Shown here in pieces: positions 50,270-64,000 of a stretch of 64,000 bases of DNA (position 1 is its first letter; every line of letters starts with the position of its first letter). Made by a program: the position numbers and the translations under genes. The notes under the pieces were generated by a model that did not search any database, was not told the origin of the DNA, and worked only from the letters and a program-made list of their open reading frames with translations. The DNA comes from Eledone cirrhosa (Eukaryota): the NCBI GenBank assembly GCA_964016885.1, contig OZ024742.1, positions 311,178,001 through 311,242,000 of the forward strand. The letters are read 5' to 3'.

Positions 50270-50880
50270 TGTTGCTACACATTCTATCTCCAGCCTGTGT
50301 TGGCTGGCCATTGATGTAAGAGGGAGTTCGTTGCTGCTGCTCTTAGGTTACCTTCGTACCGTGATGTGGGCTCGTCCGGTATCCTGGATAACAGGGTGTC
50401 GAGAAGTTTCTTGAAAATATCCACGGCCACACCATGTAGATCTTTCAAATCCCTCGGCAGTTTGTTGAAGAGTTGAGAGCCTTTGAACCCCAGTCTATTG
50501 CAATATCTGCTTCTTGTTCTAGATGTGGAAGACGGGACCTTTGTCACCACACAGTGACGTCCTGTTCGGGGGTTGGTCCCGCTCTCAATACCAAAGTTTG
50601 GCGCTAGTCCCTCCAGGATTTTCCATATGTATATCACTGCGTATCTCTCCCGTCTTCGTTCCAAGGAGTAGAGTTTCAGTTCTTTTAGCCTCTCCCAGTA
50701 GCTCATCTCCTTCATCGTGCAATCCTCTTGGTGTAGCTTCGTTGGATTGTCTCAAGTTCCGTGGTTTGTTTGATACTATGGGGTGACCACAACTGGGAGC
50801 AATAGTCCAGGCGGCTTTGGACAAATGGCCTTCATAGTATCAACATGGTCTCCCGGTCTCTTATATAGAAAACCTCAAAT
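50270..50880 (-). mobile_element. CR1/L2-like LINE ORF2 C-terminal fragment
   Basis: SYWERLKELKLYSLERRRERYAVIYIWKIL..LFNKLP. Confidence 0.8.
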
Positions 50881-51084
50881 AAAAAGTCCAGATTTGTTTC
50901 GATTTAACAGAGCAGAAAGAATTCGCGTCAGGATATTCCAACCAATCCAGCCTATATCAGCTGAATAAATATCTATATGGAGATATATATATATATACAC
51001 ACCCACATGCACATATATATATATATATATACACACACACATATATATACACACACACACATACTTACACGCATGCATGCATAC

Positions 51085-51720
51085 ATGATGGCTGCCCCCT
51101 CGTTATCGAGTATGGCCATTGCACGATATACCATTATTAATAATTATTAATTAATTCTATCTTGCAATGCCTGTGCATGAAGATATTTTTTTAAATGAGG
51201 AAAGACTGTGCACTGAGCCAATCCCACTCTCTGAGCGACAGTAGCTATAACCCGAAAAGAAGAAAATATCAATATCATCGGTAACTACTGAGCCGCAGGT
51301 TTTATATTGGAGTTATCCCAGTTTCCTGAGTTGCCTTCTCCGAGAAGAATGCCCTGACAAAGGCTAGGGGTCCTTCACTCCCAGTGGTTTAACCGCGCAA
51401 TCAGGTCTCCAGCCCAATTATTTCTATGTCCCCGCGCATGTACATACACATGCACCCATGTATATACACATATACATATACATACATATGTACATGTGTA
51501 TATACATATTTACACACTTTTGGATGGCCGTTGACTCTTATGAGATCTTCCGCCCTTTGTCAGGTTTTGTTTTTTATCCTGCAGGGTGTCCAAAATCACC
51601 CTCCTCACCAAGTAAACTTGGTGGGGTTGCCGGTTTAGTCGCCGACGACCCGACCATGCGACAGGTTGTACTGAGTTACATGTTACCAATAGCACTCAAG
51701 AGTGACCCGACATACATACA
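51085..51720. mobile_element. Two short RTE-associated non-autonomous elements among (CATA)n
   Basis: GC-richer blocks beginning gatggc next to (CATA)n, like the terminus of the adjacent BovB-like copy. Confidence 0.4.
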
Positions 51721-51734
51721 TACATACATACTAC

Positions 51735-54200
51735 ATGATGGCTGCAAACTCGTGTTCAAGTATTGCCATCGCCCGATAAAATGTTCAAAAATGTGAAGCA
51801 CAATCTTTAAACCAGCCAAATACTTGCACCCTCTGGCACACACATGGCAACTTTAGGCTTCCCCGAAACCTTCCATTGCTTTGTTCTGGCTGTATGTTCA
51901 CATGTATCTTTTAAGACCTCCCATGCTTGTACATTTCTTACACCTTTTCAGATCATAATCTACATGAGGTCTACTGATATGACTTTGTTCATGTCTAATC
52001 AAACCAGCTTTGCTCAGGCTGACTCGACCACAGTACTGGCAAACCAGATGATGTTCAACAGCAGGCAGTTCAGAACAGTCTCAATCCTCACCTTCCTTTT
52101 CAGTGTTAGGTGTTATCTCCAACGAGTTTCAAAGTGTTCACCACCTGACTTGATCAAACGTCTCCACTTCACACGCTTGTCAGGCATTTTCTCCCATTCG
52201 TCAGATGAAATTCCAGCACAAGCCAAGGTGCCTCTGATACAGTCCCGGTACCGCTTTTTTGGTTTATGTGGTGGTCGCCTTCCTTCACACAGTTCTCCAT
52301 AGAGAAGTTGCTTTGGAATACGATCACCAGACATCCGGACCACGTGACTGCACCACCTCAACCGATACCGAAAGATTATGCTCTCTATAGTCACGCACCT
52401 GCTCCGTTCTAGAACTTCCAAATCACTGGCGAACATTTTCCACCACACACCAAGTAACTTATGAAGAGATTGTTGGTGAAATCTCTCCAGATCCTTGAGG
52501 TGCTTTCTGTATATGACCCACGTTTCACAAACATAAAGTAAAGAGGAGACGACACAAGTCAGATACATTTTCACCTTGGTTTCGATAGTGATACCTCGTC
52601 TGGACCATAAACGTTGATGCAGCTGTCCAAAAGCATCACTGGCTTTCTTGATTCTTAAGGATATTTCATTATCATGTGTGCATGAAGTGTTCAACGTACT
52701 ATCAAGGTAAACAAACTTGTCAGCAACTTTTAGCCTCTTTCTGTACACGTAGACACTTGGTGCAGTGTACTCGTTTCCAGGTACTGGCTGATACATCACA
52801 ACAGTCTTTTCCAAGCTTATTGTGGCGCCCAAAGTGCTGCAAGCTGCAGAAAAAGAGTTCATAATATGCTGCATGTCACTTTGTGAGTGCGCAAAAAGAT
52901 CGCAGTCGTCTGCATACAAAAACTCTCGGATTATAGATGTTAATACCTTTGGGCTTGTACCAAAGCGCCTGGTGTTGAACAACCTTCCTGAAGTGCGATA
53001 CCTGATGTAAACCCCATGAGAACAATATTTGAATGCCATGAGAAACACTATCGTAAAATATAAGGAAAACAGAGTTGGAGCCGGAATGTCCCCCTGCTTC
53101 ACTCCATTTTCAACTGATATTGGTTCAGAGATGCTACCACCAATACTGACCAAAGCCTTCATGTCATCATGGAAAAGATGCAGAATCTTCTACCCTACCT
53201 TGGATTTTTTTCCCACAACGCAGTTCGATTGACAGTGTCAAAGGCCTTTGTCAAGTCAACAAAGACCTGGTAAAGGTCCATACATTGTTTGATACACTTT
53301 TCTTGCAGCTGCCGAGCAGAAACTATCATATCCACTGTTCCTCTTTCGTTTCTGAACCCACACTGCGACTCAGGCAACACATTCAGAGCAACTCTTGGGA
53401 TCAATCTATCCATCAATATTCGACACGACTTTACCAACTACTGAAAGAAGGGATATGACATGATAATTGCCACATTTGTCCTTGCCGTCCTTTCCTTTAT
53501 GGAGAATCACCATGAGGCATCCTTCTTGTGGGACATTCTCATCTTCCCACACCATTTTCATGAGGTCAGTCAGGCGCTGCGTGAAGTTTTCACCACCACA
53601 CTTCAAAACCGCTCCACTCAGACCATCCATACCAAGAGACTTACCACAGTTCAGCTTATGCACAACAGAAGTCCCCTCTGCAAGAGAGGATACATTAGCC
53701 ATCTCATATGCTTCACTGGTTCAATAGGAATGGAACAAATGAAATCATCATCAACCTGGTTTAAGAGCTCATCAAAGTGATCTCTCTATCTGTCGAGTGT
53801 CTTTTGGGTCACGCAGTAATTGCTTGCCATCTTTCGATCTCAAAGGGGCCACTGGAGAGCTGAAAGGGCCATACACCTCTGTGAGTAGAAAGTGCGGCAG
53901 TTTCACATTGTTGCCGTCAGATGCCACTTGAACTTCATCTGCTTTGTTGCTCCACCAGGTATTTTGCATAGCCCTGAGTTTCACCTGCACTTCCTTCTTT
54001 ACCTGTCTGTAACGCTCATAATTGTCACCAACAGAGCTACCACCTTTAAGAACTGCACCAAGTGCCTTTTGTTTTCTGTCTAGCAGAGCCTTGACCTCCT
54101 GGTCATTCTCATCAAACCAGTCCTTGTTTTCTTGTGACAAAGCCAAGGACCTCTGCTGAAGCCTCATAGACCGAGCTCCTGAAGTCCTTCCAGTTGTTCT
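51735..54200 (-). mobile_element. RTE/BovB-like LINE, frameshifted, 5'-truncated
   Basis: LPESQCGFR, FVDLTKAFDTV, GVKQGDIPAPTLFSL, FLYADD, RIPKQLLYGEL in successive frames. Confidence 0.9.
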
Positions 54201-54844
54201 CATACACGCATACATACTTACATATATACATGTATACATACATGCATACATACATGTATACACACATACATACATCCATCCATCCATACATACATACAAT
54301 GGTTAAAGTGTTTGACTGACGACCATAAGTTCATGGGTTCATATTTGGGACCGGGTAGTTATTGAATCAACCTGATATCAATGTTTATTATACAGCACAC
54401 TTCCTCTTTGGTATAATATGACACATAGTAATATCTAACATAGTACCCATCTAATCTGTTATAATATGATTTACCTTTCCTCTGTGAAGGCACATGCCTT
54501 AGGGGTTACGGTACTGGACTAACCATTATAAAGTCATGGGCTCGTTTCTTCGATCCTGCAGCATGTTGCGTCCTTCAGTAAAATACTTTAGTTCGTGTAG
54601 CATCTTCTACCAGGACTTGCGGCAGACAGATAATATCAATAATGGAAAAAACCTTGTTTCATTAGTATGACCTGGAAATCAGTTCCACTCTATTTATCTT
54701 CTTTATTAAAGGCAATCAAATTATTTTTTATTTTATTCTTTTTCTTATTTTTCCATGTTTGTTAAATAAATTCCAAAAAATCGAACTAAATTGAAATTTT
54801 GTAATAAAATTTCCATAAAAGTTAATGTTTACAATACAATAAAA

Positions 54845-55147
54845 TGTAATAAAATGTATTGAAGTCGACGAAATGTGGACCTTCATTTTTGAAAGATGGA
54901 TAATGCTATAAGCAGACCTTACCACAATTTTCCTTTGTGCAAAAGTGGGCAGCCAAATTTAGGAAAGGATAGGGGATTCTTGAAGATGACCCAATGTTTG
55001 GACGTCCTACAACTGCCACTACCGAGGAAAACATTGATCTCAGTACTGCAACACCGATGGAAGAAGTGTGTGGAACGCAAGGGAGACTATGTTGTAAAAT
55101 ATACCTCATTTGGTCACATTCCATGAGAGTATCTTTGTCAACCCTCG
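54845..55147 (+). mobile_element. Internally deleted mariner transposon remnant
   Basis: LEDDP.FGRPTTATTEENID fused to LQHRWKKCVERKGDYV. Confidence 0.75.
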
Positions 55148-55184
55148 TATCTATGCGCAATATACGTAAAGATACAGAATTGCG

Positions 55185-55569
55185 GGCACTACAACGCTAT
55201 TAGCTGTCATATTTGTTGGTGAAAAAAATTTGATTATAAAACTTAAATTTATGAATGACTTGTTTTCTACATTGATAACCATGACTTGTTTTCTAATTAA
55301 CTTAAATTTGTTTTCTAATTTGGCCCTTTTAAGGGCCACCTATATTTTCATTTAAGTAACTCCACTTACATCGAAATGCTTTATAACCATGACTTGTTTT
55401 CTATTTGTTTTCTAATTTGGCCCTTTTAAGTCTTCCCTCTCTCTCTCAAAAAAAAACGCGTGAAAACTCCACTTACGCGTGGTAGTAATACGGAAATAAA
55501 CGATGTTGACGAGTGACGTCACCTTCGCCTGTTTTCCACTGGACTGACAGCTAATAGCGTTGTAGTGCC
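55185..55569. mobile_element. MITE with ~25-bp TIRs (partial opposite-orientation copy at 31001-31210)
   Basis: ggcactacaacgctattagctgtca / tgacagctaatagcgttgtagtgcc. Confidence 0.75.
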
Positions 55570-55795
55570 TGTTATAAATGACAGAAAACAGCCAGTCGAG
55601 CTATGATTTAATGCTATTAAATCTCTTTTAGTCATCCAAGATTATCTGCGTATGTCTACCATATGGAAAGAATCTACTTTGAAATCAAGTGATTTTATAC
55701 TCATTCTTCCTACTCTAATGGTTCACATACCACAATAGTTTATCTTTCTGTATATCTAAATAAAAATCTAAAAGATATGTTTATTATATCAGCTA

Positions 55796-57770
55796 CTAGC
55801 AGTAAAGCCCGGCGTTGCTCGGGGTCGCTCAGTAGCTGTGTTAAAGTTACAATGTTAAGTTTCTTTCTTGGCTTAAAAACTGTAGTGTCTACTGTGCAGA
55901 CTTGCATGTGGTGTTTTTGATTAATATTCCCTCAACCAACAATATGCCTTATGAAGTTAAGAAAACATAACGATAACCCGAATGTTATAACAAAAGAGGA
56001 TGCTGGGGATAGAAACTGCACTGGTTATTTATTAACAAAGATCGAAAATGTAAACACTGCAACGCAGAGAAAAACATTAGCGTAACCAAATTATCAGTTA
56101 TGTCTGTCTGCACGCCTATATCACCTCTCTGCACGACTGTCTGTCTGCACGCCTATATCACCTCTCTGCACGACTATCTGTCTGCACGCCTATATCACCT
56201 CTCTGCACGACTATCTGTCTGCACGCGTATATCACCTCTCTGCACGACTATCTGTCTGCACGCGTATATCACCTCTCTGCACGACTATCTGTCTGCACGA
56301 CTGTCTGTCTGCACGCCTAACGACGAAATATTTGCTTGTTTTACGTAGTCTTTAAATAGACTTGTTTTCAAGTAAAAATATTGTTTTAAAATGCTTTTAA
56401 ATGGAAATGAAGCAAAACGGAAGCTCAGTGTTCGAACTGATGAATTTTGCAGGTCAATATTTTGCTGGCTCGACAACTGTTCGTTCGTGTATTGTGTTAA
56501 TGTCATTTTAAACGCTGAGAAAGCCAGCGTAATTTTTTACGTAAGACGCTCAATGTAAACAGAACAAAGGGAAATAACTGATAACTTACGCTCAAAAATC
56601 GATACATTATATTCGATTTCGTCACATAGGGTGGGTCAATTTGAAATTTTTTTTTTCCGATGTCTTCGCTAGGGCTCAATGTACAAGTATAGCAATTTCG
56701 GTGCAATTCCGTGAGAGATTCTAAGAGGAGATGTGTGCCAAAAATCGATAGACAGACAGACAACCACAGTTTTATATATATAGACTAGCAGTAAAGCCCG
56801 GCGTTGCTCGGGGTCGCTCAGTAGCTGTGTTAAAGTTACAATGTTAAGTTTCTTTTTTGGCTTAAAAACTGTAGTGTCTACTGTGCAGACCTGCATGTGG
56901 TGTTTTTGATTAATATTCCCTCAAACAACAATATGCCTTATGAAGTTAAGAAAACATAACGATAACCCGAATGTTATAACAAAAGAGGATGCTGGGGATA
57001 AAAACTGCACTGGTTATTTATTAACAAAGACCGAAAATGTAAACACTGCAACGCAGATAAAAACATTAGCGTAACCAAATTATCAGTTATGTCTGTCTGC
57101 ACGCATATATCACCTCTCTGCACGACTGTCTGTCTGCACGCCTATATCACCTCTCTGCACGACTGTCTGTCTGCACGCCTATATCACCTCTCTGCACGAC
57201 TGTCTGTCTGCACGCCTATATCACCTCTCTGCACGACTATCTGTTTGCACGCGTATATCACCTCTCTGCACGACTATCTGTCTGCACGACTATCTGTCTG
57301 CACGCCTAACGACGAAATATTTGCTTGTTTTACGTAGTCTTTAAATAGACTTGTTTTCAAGTAAAAATATTGTTTTAAAATGCTTTTAAATGGAAATGAA
57401 GCAAAACGGAAGCTTAGTGTTCGAACTGATGAATTTTGCAGGTCAATATTTTGCTGGCTCGACAACTGTTCGTGTATTGTGTTAATGTCATTTTAAACGC
57501 TGAGAAAGCCAGCGTAATTTTTTACGTAAGACGCTCAATGTAAACAGAACAAAGGGAAATAACTGATAACTTACGCTCAAAAATCGATACATTATATTCG
57601 ATTTCGTCACATAGGGCGGGTCAATTTGAAAAATTTTTTTTTCCGATGTCTTCGCTAGGGCTCAATGTACAAGTATAGCAATTTCGGTGCAATTCCGTGA
57701 GAGATTCTAAGAGGAGATGTGTGCCAAAAATCGATAGACAGACAGACAAACACAGTTTTATATATATAGA
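55796..57770 (-). mobile_element. Head-to-tail dimer of a ~990-bp non-autonomous Helitron with internal 37-bp minisatellite
   Basis: Units 55796-56784 and 56785-57770; 5' TC, 3' hairpin cccggcgttgctcggg plus CTAG; A|T target. Confidence 0.9.
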
Positions 57771-59144
57771 TAAACATCTGTCTGTCAATACATTTCCAGT
57801 TGATCTTAAATTTATGACTTCTAATCTCCATATTTCTTTTAAATTAAATATTTCATTATAAATATTCTTTCTCTTGTATTCGGAAAGTGTCTAGGATACT
57901 CTTGTTTTGTATTTAGACATTTTTTGCATTTTATATAGGATTGTAATAATGATACAATAAATAAATGCTGCTTTGGGGTGTTTTTTTTAAAGACCAAACC
58001 TGAAATGGCAAAACGACTTATTCAAAATTGCATATTTTGGTATGTTTTTTTTTTTTTTTTTTTTTTTAAATATTTCAGAACTTCTAAACATTTATAGATT
58101 ATTAAAAATCGAAACAAAATATTACTTATTTGAAATTAAATTGTTAATTCCATTTTAAACGAGTTGGCATTCACAGAATTTTGCTTCTCGGCAATGAGAG
58201 AGGTAAGGGAGAGTGGGAGTAGAGTTTTTTTTTAGATATATTGACACATGATTACATTCACAAGTAATTGCATTGCGAACATATCTCCTACTACTCTTGT
58301 TAAATTGTAAAGAAATTATCTCAGAAATGTCGTTAACTTCGTCCTAAAATGCAATTTCCTCAACGATCGAGTTAGCTTTCTTAATATAAAAAAAAATAAC
58401 TTGAAAACTCAAAAACTTTAAAATTTTAAATAATTTTCACGAAAATATAGTTAAAAGACAATATTCTAAAGGGACTATTTATATAGCTTTAAACATGAAG
58501 GCTGGTTAACTTCTCTGTTTCAGCCAGATAAACTAAAACAAACATTTAAGGGAAAAGTTTTATTTGTAATAGAATGCATATAAACACTAGTTATTATTTT
58601 TTGTTTTGTTTTATTTAATGGGTGGAAGACACGCACACACCACAAAAGGGGCGCTGGAGTTTCCCTCTAATAATTTTTGAGTATGTCTGTCCAGAAACAA
58701 CACATGCAACAGCTTTGATTTCACGACCTCTGAATGAGTAGTCGAAAGACTCATCCATCCACCCACTTGGGTGTTTCAACATCGCTGAAGATACAGTCTG
58801 CTTGACTAAATGCCTTCAGTTCCCAGCGATGTTCGCTTCGCCTTTCCTTCGTCAAATCGAATAGCAAAAACCACTGAATCGATTATATAGCTCCTCTAAC
58901 ATATTTCTATTGCTTGTGTCAGTATGAGAATTCATTATATTATTTAACCCATTTCGTTTTACAATGACAAGACAAAAGCCATCAATTCACATAATGTTCT
59001 GATTAAATTGGGAAGAATTTTAATTGCCATGAAGTACTTACGTCATTGATTTGTTTATTTATTTGATCTATAATAAAATGCTTATAGACTCGGAAGAAAC
59101 TGATGTAATCTCGTATTTCTGATGGAGTCGAAAAAAAATAGTTA

Positions 59145-59635
59145 TAATGATTTCTACTTTCGGCACAAGGCCAGCAACTGTGGAAAGGAAAGTCAACTAA
59201 ATCGAGTCCAATACTTAATTGATACTTTTTTTTTATTTTATCAACTCCGAAAGGATGAAAGGCAAAGTTGACATCGGTAGGATGTAAATAGCAGTACTTA
59301 AATACCGAAAATGAATTTGTTTTAGGCTCTAACGATTCTACCACTATACCATCCTAATGCATTACTGGTACTTAATGTTATTGACCCCATAAGGATGAAA
59401 GTTAAAGTTAACCTCGACGGGATTTAAACTCAGAACGTAAAGGGGCGTAACAATGATTACTGGCTTAGGCACAAGGCCAGCAATTTTGGAGGAGGAGAAA
59501 GTCGATTAAATCGATCCCAGTGCGTGACTGGTACTTTACAGAGTATATATGGATGCTGTGACTGAGTGGTTAGAGAATTGGATTCGCATTTGTGAGGTTG
59601 TGAGTTTGGTTCCTGGACTGGGTGATGCGTTAGGT
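59145..59635. mobile_element. Cluster of SINE fragments
   Basis: Family-2 SINE motifs in both orientations and a tRNA-like head near 59552. Confidence 0.7.
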
Positions 59636-60264
59636 CTGAGGTCATGTTGATCAACTGTTATATATGGATGCTATTTATTATTGCACCATCACTTTACAAC
59701 ACTAGGGCACACGTGACCTTGGTCAAACTGGGAAGGCAGTAATGGGAGTAGGGCAGGAATGAGAGTAAGGGGAAAACTACCTGTAGCTTACTGAGGGAGG
59801 AGGTCATCACGGTGGGAGATGGAAGGGATAAATAAGCATTAGGTCATGGATGTTACCTTGAAGAGTGAGTGATGTGAGGCAATACATTGTGGGGTGCACC
59901 CATCTTTCCATGCTAACATGGCTTGAACAAGAAAGAGGAATCAGGGATGTAAGTGGGAGGTAAAAGTAATATGAGGGTGGGGAGATCAAGTATTCAGAGG
60001 AGGGGGTGGGGCTAAATTGGGGAAGTGGGGGAGGGATATTGTCATGAGAGAAGAAGATGGGGTTTAATTATAATCAATAGTTTGTCTTCTATGATTGATT
60101 GATTTCTTCGATGATCGATTACATAGATTCATTTTAAGCTACACGCTACGGGATATGAAATAGCACTATAAGGTCTCTCTACGATTCCACCTGTGTGCAT
60201 ATTCTGCTATGGAATATGTATTTGGTATATATACAATATACTGTCTTTCCTATAAGATATATGG

Positions 60265-60295
<31 letters not shown>

Positions 60296-60316
60296 CATAG
60301 TAATAGTTATACTTAT

Positions 60317-60349
<33 letters not shown>

Positions 60350-60886
60350 TTCGTTTAACGTCCATTTTCCACGCTAGCCTGGGTTAGACGGGAGTTGTCC
60401 CACTTGAGGCAAGGTTGGTCGGGTGACCGTGTCTCGCTTATATAGGACTATCTGACAGGTTTTCTACGGCTGGATGCCCTTCCTAACACCAACCACATTT
60501 ACAGTGTGGACTGGGAACTTTTTACTGTGTTACCTACACGACCACATTACAGCGTGGACTGTGTATTTTTTCTCGTGACACCTACACGATCTCGATCTCA
60601 TTTATTTGGACTGGATGTTGTGGTACCAACTTTATAGAGAGAGGGTGGTGTTGGTGGGAGTGGGAGGATAGGGTAGGGTAGTGGATTGGGGGTGTATATT
60701 TGGTTAAGAGGTGCCTACTGACTGTAGGTTTCGCTTTGTACATAGGCAAGGCGGGTCTTCTGTATTACTGCGTAGCGCCAAAGATTTCGGTCCAGTGACA
60801 TTTTCTTAAGAGAGGTGCAAGTGTGTAAGGTCGGAATTTATCAGATTGTCCCAGGTTTTTCTGGGTCTACCTACTCCGTAACTACC
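60317..60886 (-). mobile_element. RTE 3' end copy
   Basis: Matches 46560-47105, with (GAT)n tail. Confidence 0.85.
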
Positions 60887-61186
60887 ATATATATAATTAT
60901 AAATAAGATAAGGGTAATATTTTGTATTACTTGATTACCAGTAAGATAATTAGCTCATTGTAAAATATCAGATATACTACAGAGCAGAAATATATAGATA
61001 ACAATCAAATGTCTGGAAGAAACGATCATTAGCAATTAAATGCCTTAAACAAAATTTGATTGTTATCTATGTTATATATATACATATATCTTTTTTATTT
61101 GGTTTATTATTGCTCTAGATAATGTCCATTGAACTCACTTATTGAGAAACACTAAATTCTAACATATTTGATATGTTTTGAGGCAT

Positions 61187-62034
61187 TCGAATTAGCAGCG
61201 GAGGTGTGTGTTCGGAATGTACAATAACTAGGGTAAGAACGGGATGGAAGAAGTTCAGAGAGCTACTGCCGCTGCTAGCTGCAAAAGGCTTTTCCCTCAA
61301 AATGAAAGGCAGACTGTATGATGCGTGTATACAAACAGCAATGTTACATGGTAGTGAAACCTGGGCGCTGTCTGTAGAAGACTTGTGTAGATTAGAAAGA
61401 AACGAAGTTTGCATGCTCCAATGGATGTGTAATAGTAATATATGCGAACGGCAAAGCATAAACGAATTGAGAGAGAGACTGAGTATAAGAGGAATAAAAT
61501 GCTGTGTGCAGGAGAGGAGGTTGCATTGGTATGGACATGTGATGCATATGAAGGATGACAGCTGCATAAAAAGGTGCAGAGCACTAGAAGTCGATGGAAG
61601 TCATGGAGTGGGGAGACCTAAGAAGACCTGGGTGAGGTGATAAAAGCTGACCTTACTCAATTGCACCTCTCAAGGGCGATGACACATGACTGTAACCTCT
61701 GGCGTCACACAGTAATACAGAAGGCCCAACTTGCCACAGGTACAAGCCGAAGCTGAAGCATATAGACAATATTACCCCACCCCTCCCACTGCAAAGTGGT
61801 CATGGAGGTGCCACGGCAAAAAAGCACCCAGTTCACACTGTAAAGTGGACGTGTAGCGCCATGGAAAAAAAGCTCCCAGCACTTACTGTAAATGAGGTTG
61901 GTGTTAGGAAGGGCATCCAGCTGTAGAAATCAAGCGAGAATCATTCCCGTATGAGCAAGACAAGGTCAGCCGACTAGACACTGCTCACAACAGGACAACG
62001 CATGGAAGAACGGACGTAAAACGGTGATGATGAT
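61187..62034 (+). mobile_element. 5'-truncated RTE copy
   Basis: ORF 61206..61640 RVRTGWKKFRELLPLL..GRPKKTW; 3' UTR, gatgatgat tail. Confidence 0.9.
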
Positions 62035-64000
62035 ATATAATAAATATGTGTGTGTTAAGAAATCACTGTACATTAGCTGACAAAATAAAATCTTGTAGAA
62101 ATACACATACATGCCTTTCACACATGAACGACTACATACATATCCAAAAATCAGATAAACAAAACAGATTGTCTCAAGTGGACTCAGTTTACCTGGATGA
62201 CTACTGATCTAATTCATACTTTATGTTTATGTTGGAACACCTAAGTAGGATATCAAGCTAATGTTTGATCTTCTCTTCTAGAAATATTTGACACATACCA
62301 TTATCCAGCATTTAAAGATTGGAAGAATTGGTAAAGCATTGGACAAAATGCTTGACAGCATTTGTTCTGGCGGCCCATTGTGTTCTGAGTTCAAATTCCA
62401 CTGACGTCAACTTTGCTTTTCATCCTTTCAGGGGTCAATATAATAAAGTACCAGCCAAGTACTAGGATCGGTATAATTGAAACAACTTAAAGAAATGTTA
62501 TTTCACTACAGGACATAGTGTTATCTAATGTTGCTTTGAAAACAGTGAAGGAATTTGAAGAAACCTACAGGCAAAAACCAGCCGGCTAGAGACCCAGAAC
62601 AAGATGGTCGGATAACATCCACGAGTCTCGCTTGGGAATCCAACCGGATCAGTTGGAGATGGTTGCTTATGACAGGACCCACTGGAAGGAGTGTTTGAGG
62701 ACTCTGTCCCCATGACACTCTCAGGAATAAGTGGGCGAAGAAGTTGTAGCATTATCCAGGATTTAAAGACATTACCACTTTTCTCTTCTCTTCCCTCTCT
62801 CTCTCTCTATACCCTTCTCATTTCTATTCTCTTCCCCCTCTCTCTCTATACCCTTCTCATTCCTATTCTCATGCTTTAGAATCCCTTTCTTCCATTCTCT
62901 CCCTCTATCCATTAGACTCTCTTTCTTCCATTTTCTTCCTCTATCCATTCTTCTGCTTAATATGTGATTATATTTTAACCCAACTTTTAGCTAAGCACAT
63001 AGCGATCAGCTGTATTCAGCTAACTCCATGCTGAGATTCCTACAATTTTATGAAAAATCAGAAACACTCATTGCTTCAATCCTTTTCAATTAATGTTTAC
63101 GGGGGTCGATAAAATAAAGCACCAGTAATGCACTGGGGTAATTGCTGGCCTTGTGCCAAAAGAAGAAAAAATTATTTCTAAGAGATGGAAATGATTTAAA
63201 GAAACCTTATTTCAATTCTGATTCTGTGCATGATGTTATCTAATGTTACTTTGGAAATAGATTGAAATGATTTAAGTCCCAGGCTAAGCTGGCTCCAGAT
63301 GGCAGAGGCTATCTAGGGTTGTGAACCCTTCCTTGCAACTGTGGGGAATGGAGATTTCTTCATGCCTAATGATTCATAGAGAGCAAAAAGATCTGAAGAA
63401 GAAGAAGACAGCTGACATATCTATTTGTGCTATTTTTTTAAAGAAACCCCTTTATTTAAATGAATTTTCCCAAGGACCCCTGCAGAAAGATCTATCAACT
63501 CATCAAACACAGAGACCCCCAGTACTACTTCTGCAGAGCCCTAGGGGTCAGTACACCACAGGCCTGTGTTATGATTGAAAATATTTCAACTGCAACTATT
63601 GTCTTTTTAGGGCTATCTAGGACTAAATCATGTAATATGTTCTTCCTCTTTTTTCTAAGATAGTAGGGTGTGATTTGAGGGATGTTTAGTGCTATTTCTA
63701 TCAGGTTATTTAACCCTTTAGCATTTAAACCAGCCATATCCAACCAGAATTCTCTCACCTCTTTCTCTTCAAACCAGCTGTAACTGGCCCCTCATACTAA
63801 CATTAAGATATTTATGGTAGATAAAGTGTTTACCACAAAAATATAATAATATATAGAAAGCAATGTAAATACTAAAGAGTTAAACACAAAGAGGCTCTAT
63901 TATTGACTTGTGCCTCTTCATATATTTATTTTTATGGACAGCTTCCTTTCTCAAGTATCAGAGCAGAAAATTGGATAGAATGCTTTGCAGTATTCATGCC

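Overview
Eukaryotic, AT-rich, very repeat-dense genomic DNA. The mix of RTE LINEs with (GAT)n tails, tRNA-head SINEs, Penelope fragments and long (TA)/(CA) microsatellites suggests an invertebrate, probably a cephalopod mollusc (inference only). One host gene is well supported: a minus-strand HMGB-family gene with four coding exons (15080-14931, 13032-12878, 12439-12265, 8364-7660; about 394 aa). It keeps HMGB1-like intron positions and cysteines but has a ~230-aa C-terminal extension. The rest is mostly mobile DNA: a near-intact 5'-truncated RTE LINE with a PHD-like finger after the RT core, BovB-like RTE, Tx1, CR1/L2 and CRE fragments, Merlin and mariner remnants, piggyBac/hAT/Tc1-type MITEs, non-autonomous Helitrons (one an exact head-to-tail dimer), SINEs and satellites. 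The most striking unannotated signal is a set of type I hammerhead ribozyme motifs in Penelope-like terminal repeats at ~34 kb, 42-43.5 kb and 50.1 kb. One of these is a ~370-bp tandem array with one hammerhead per unit, resembling a retrozyme. All calls were made by eye, without database searches.
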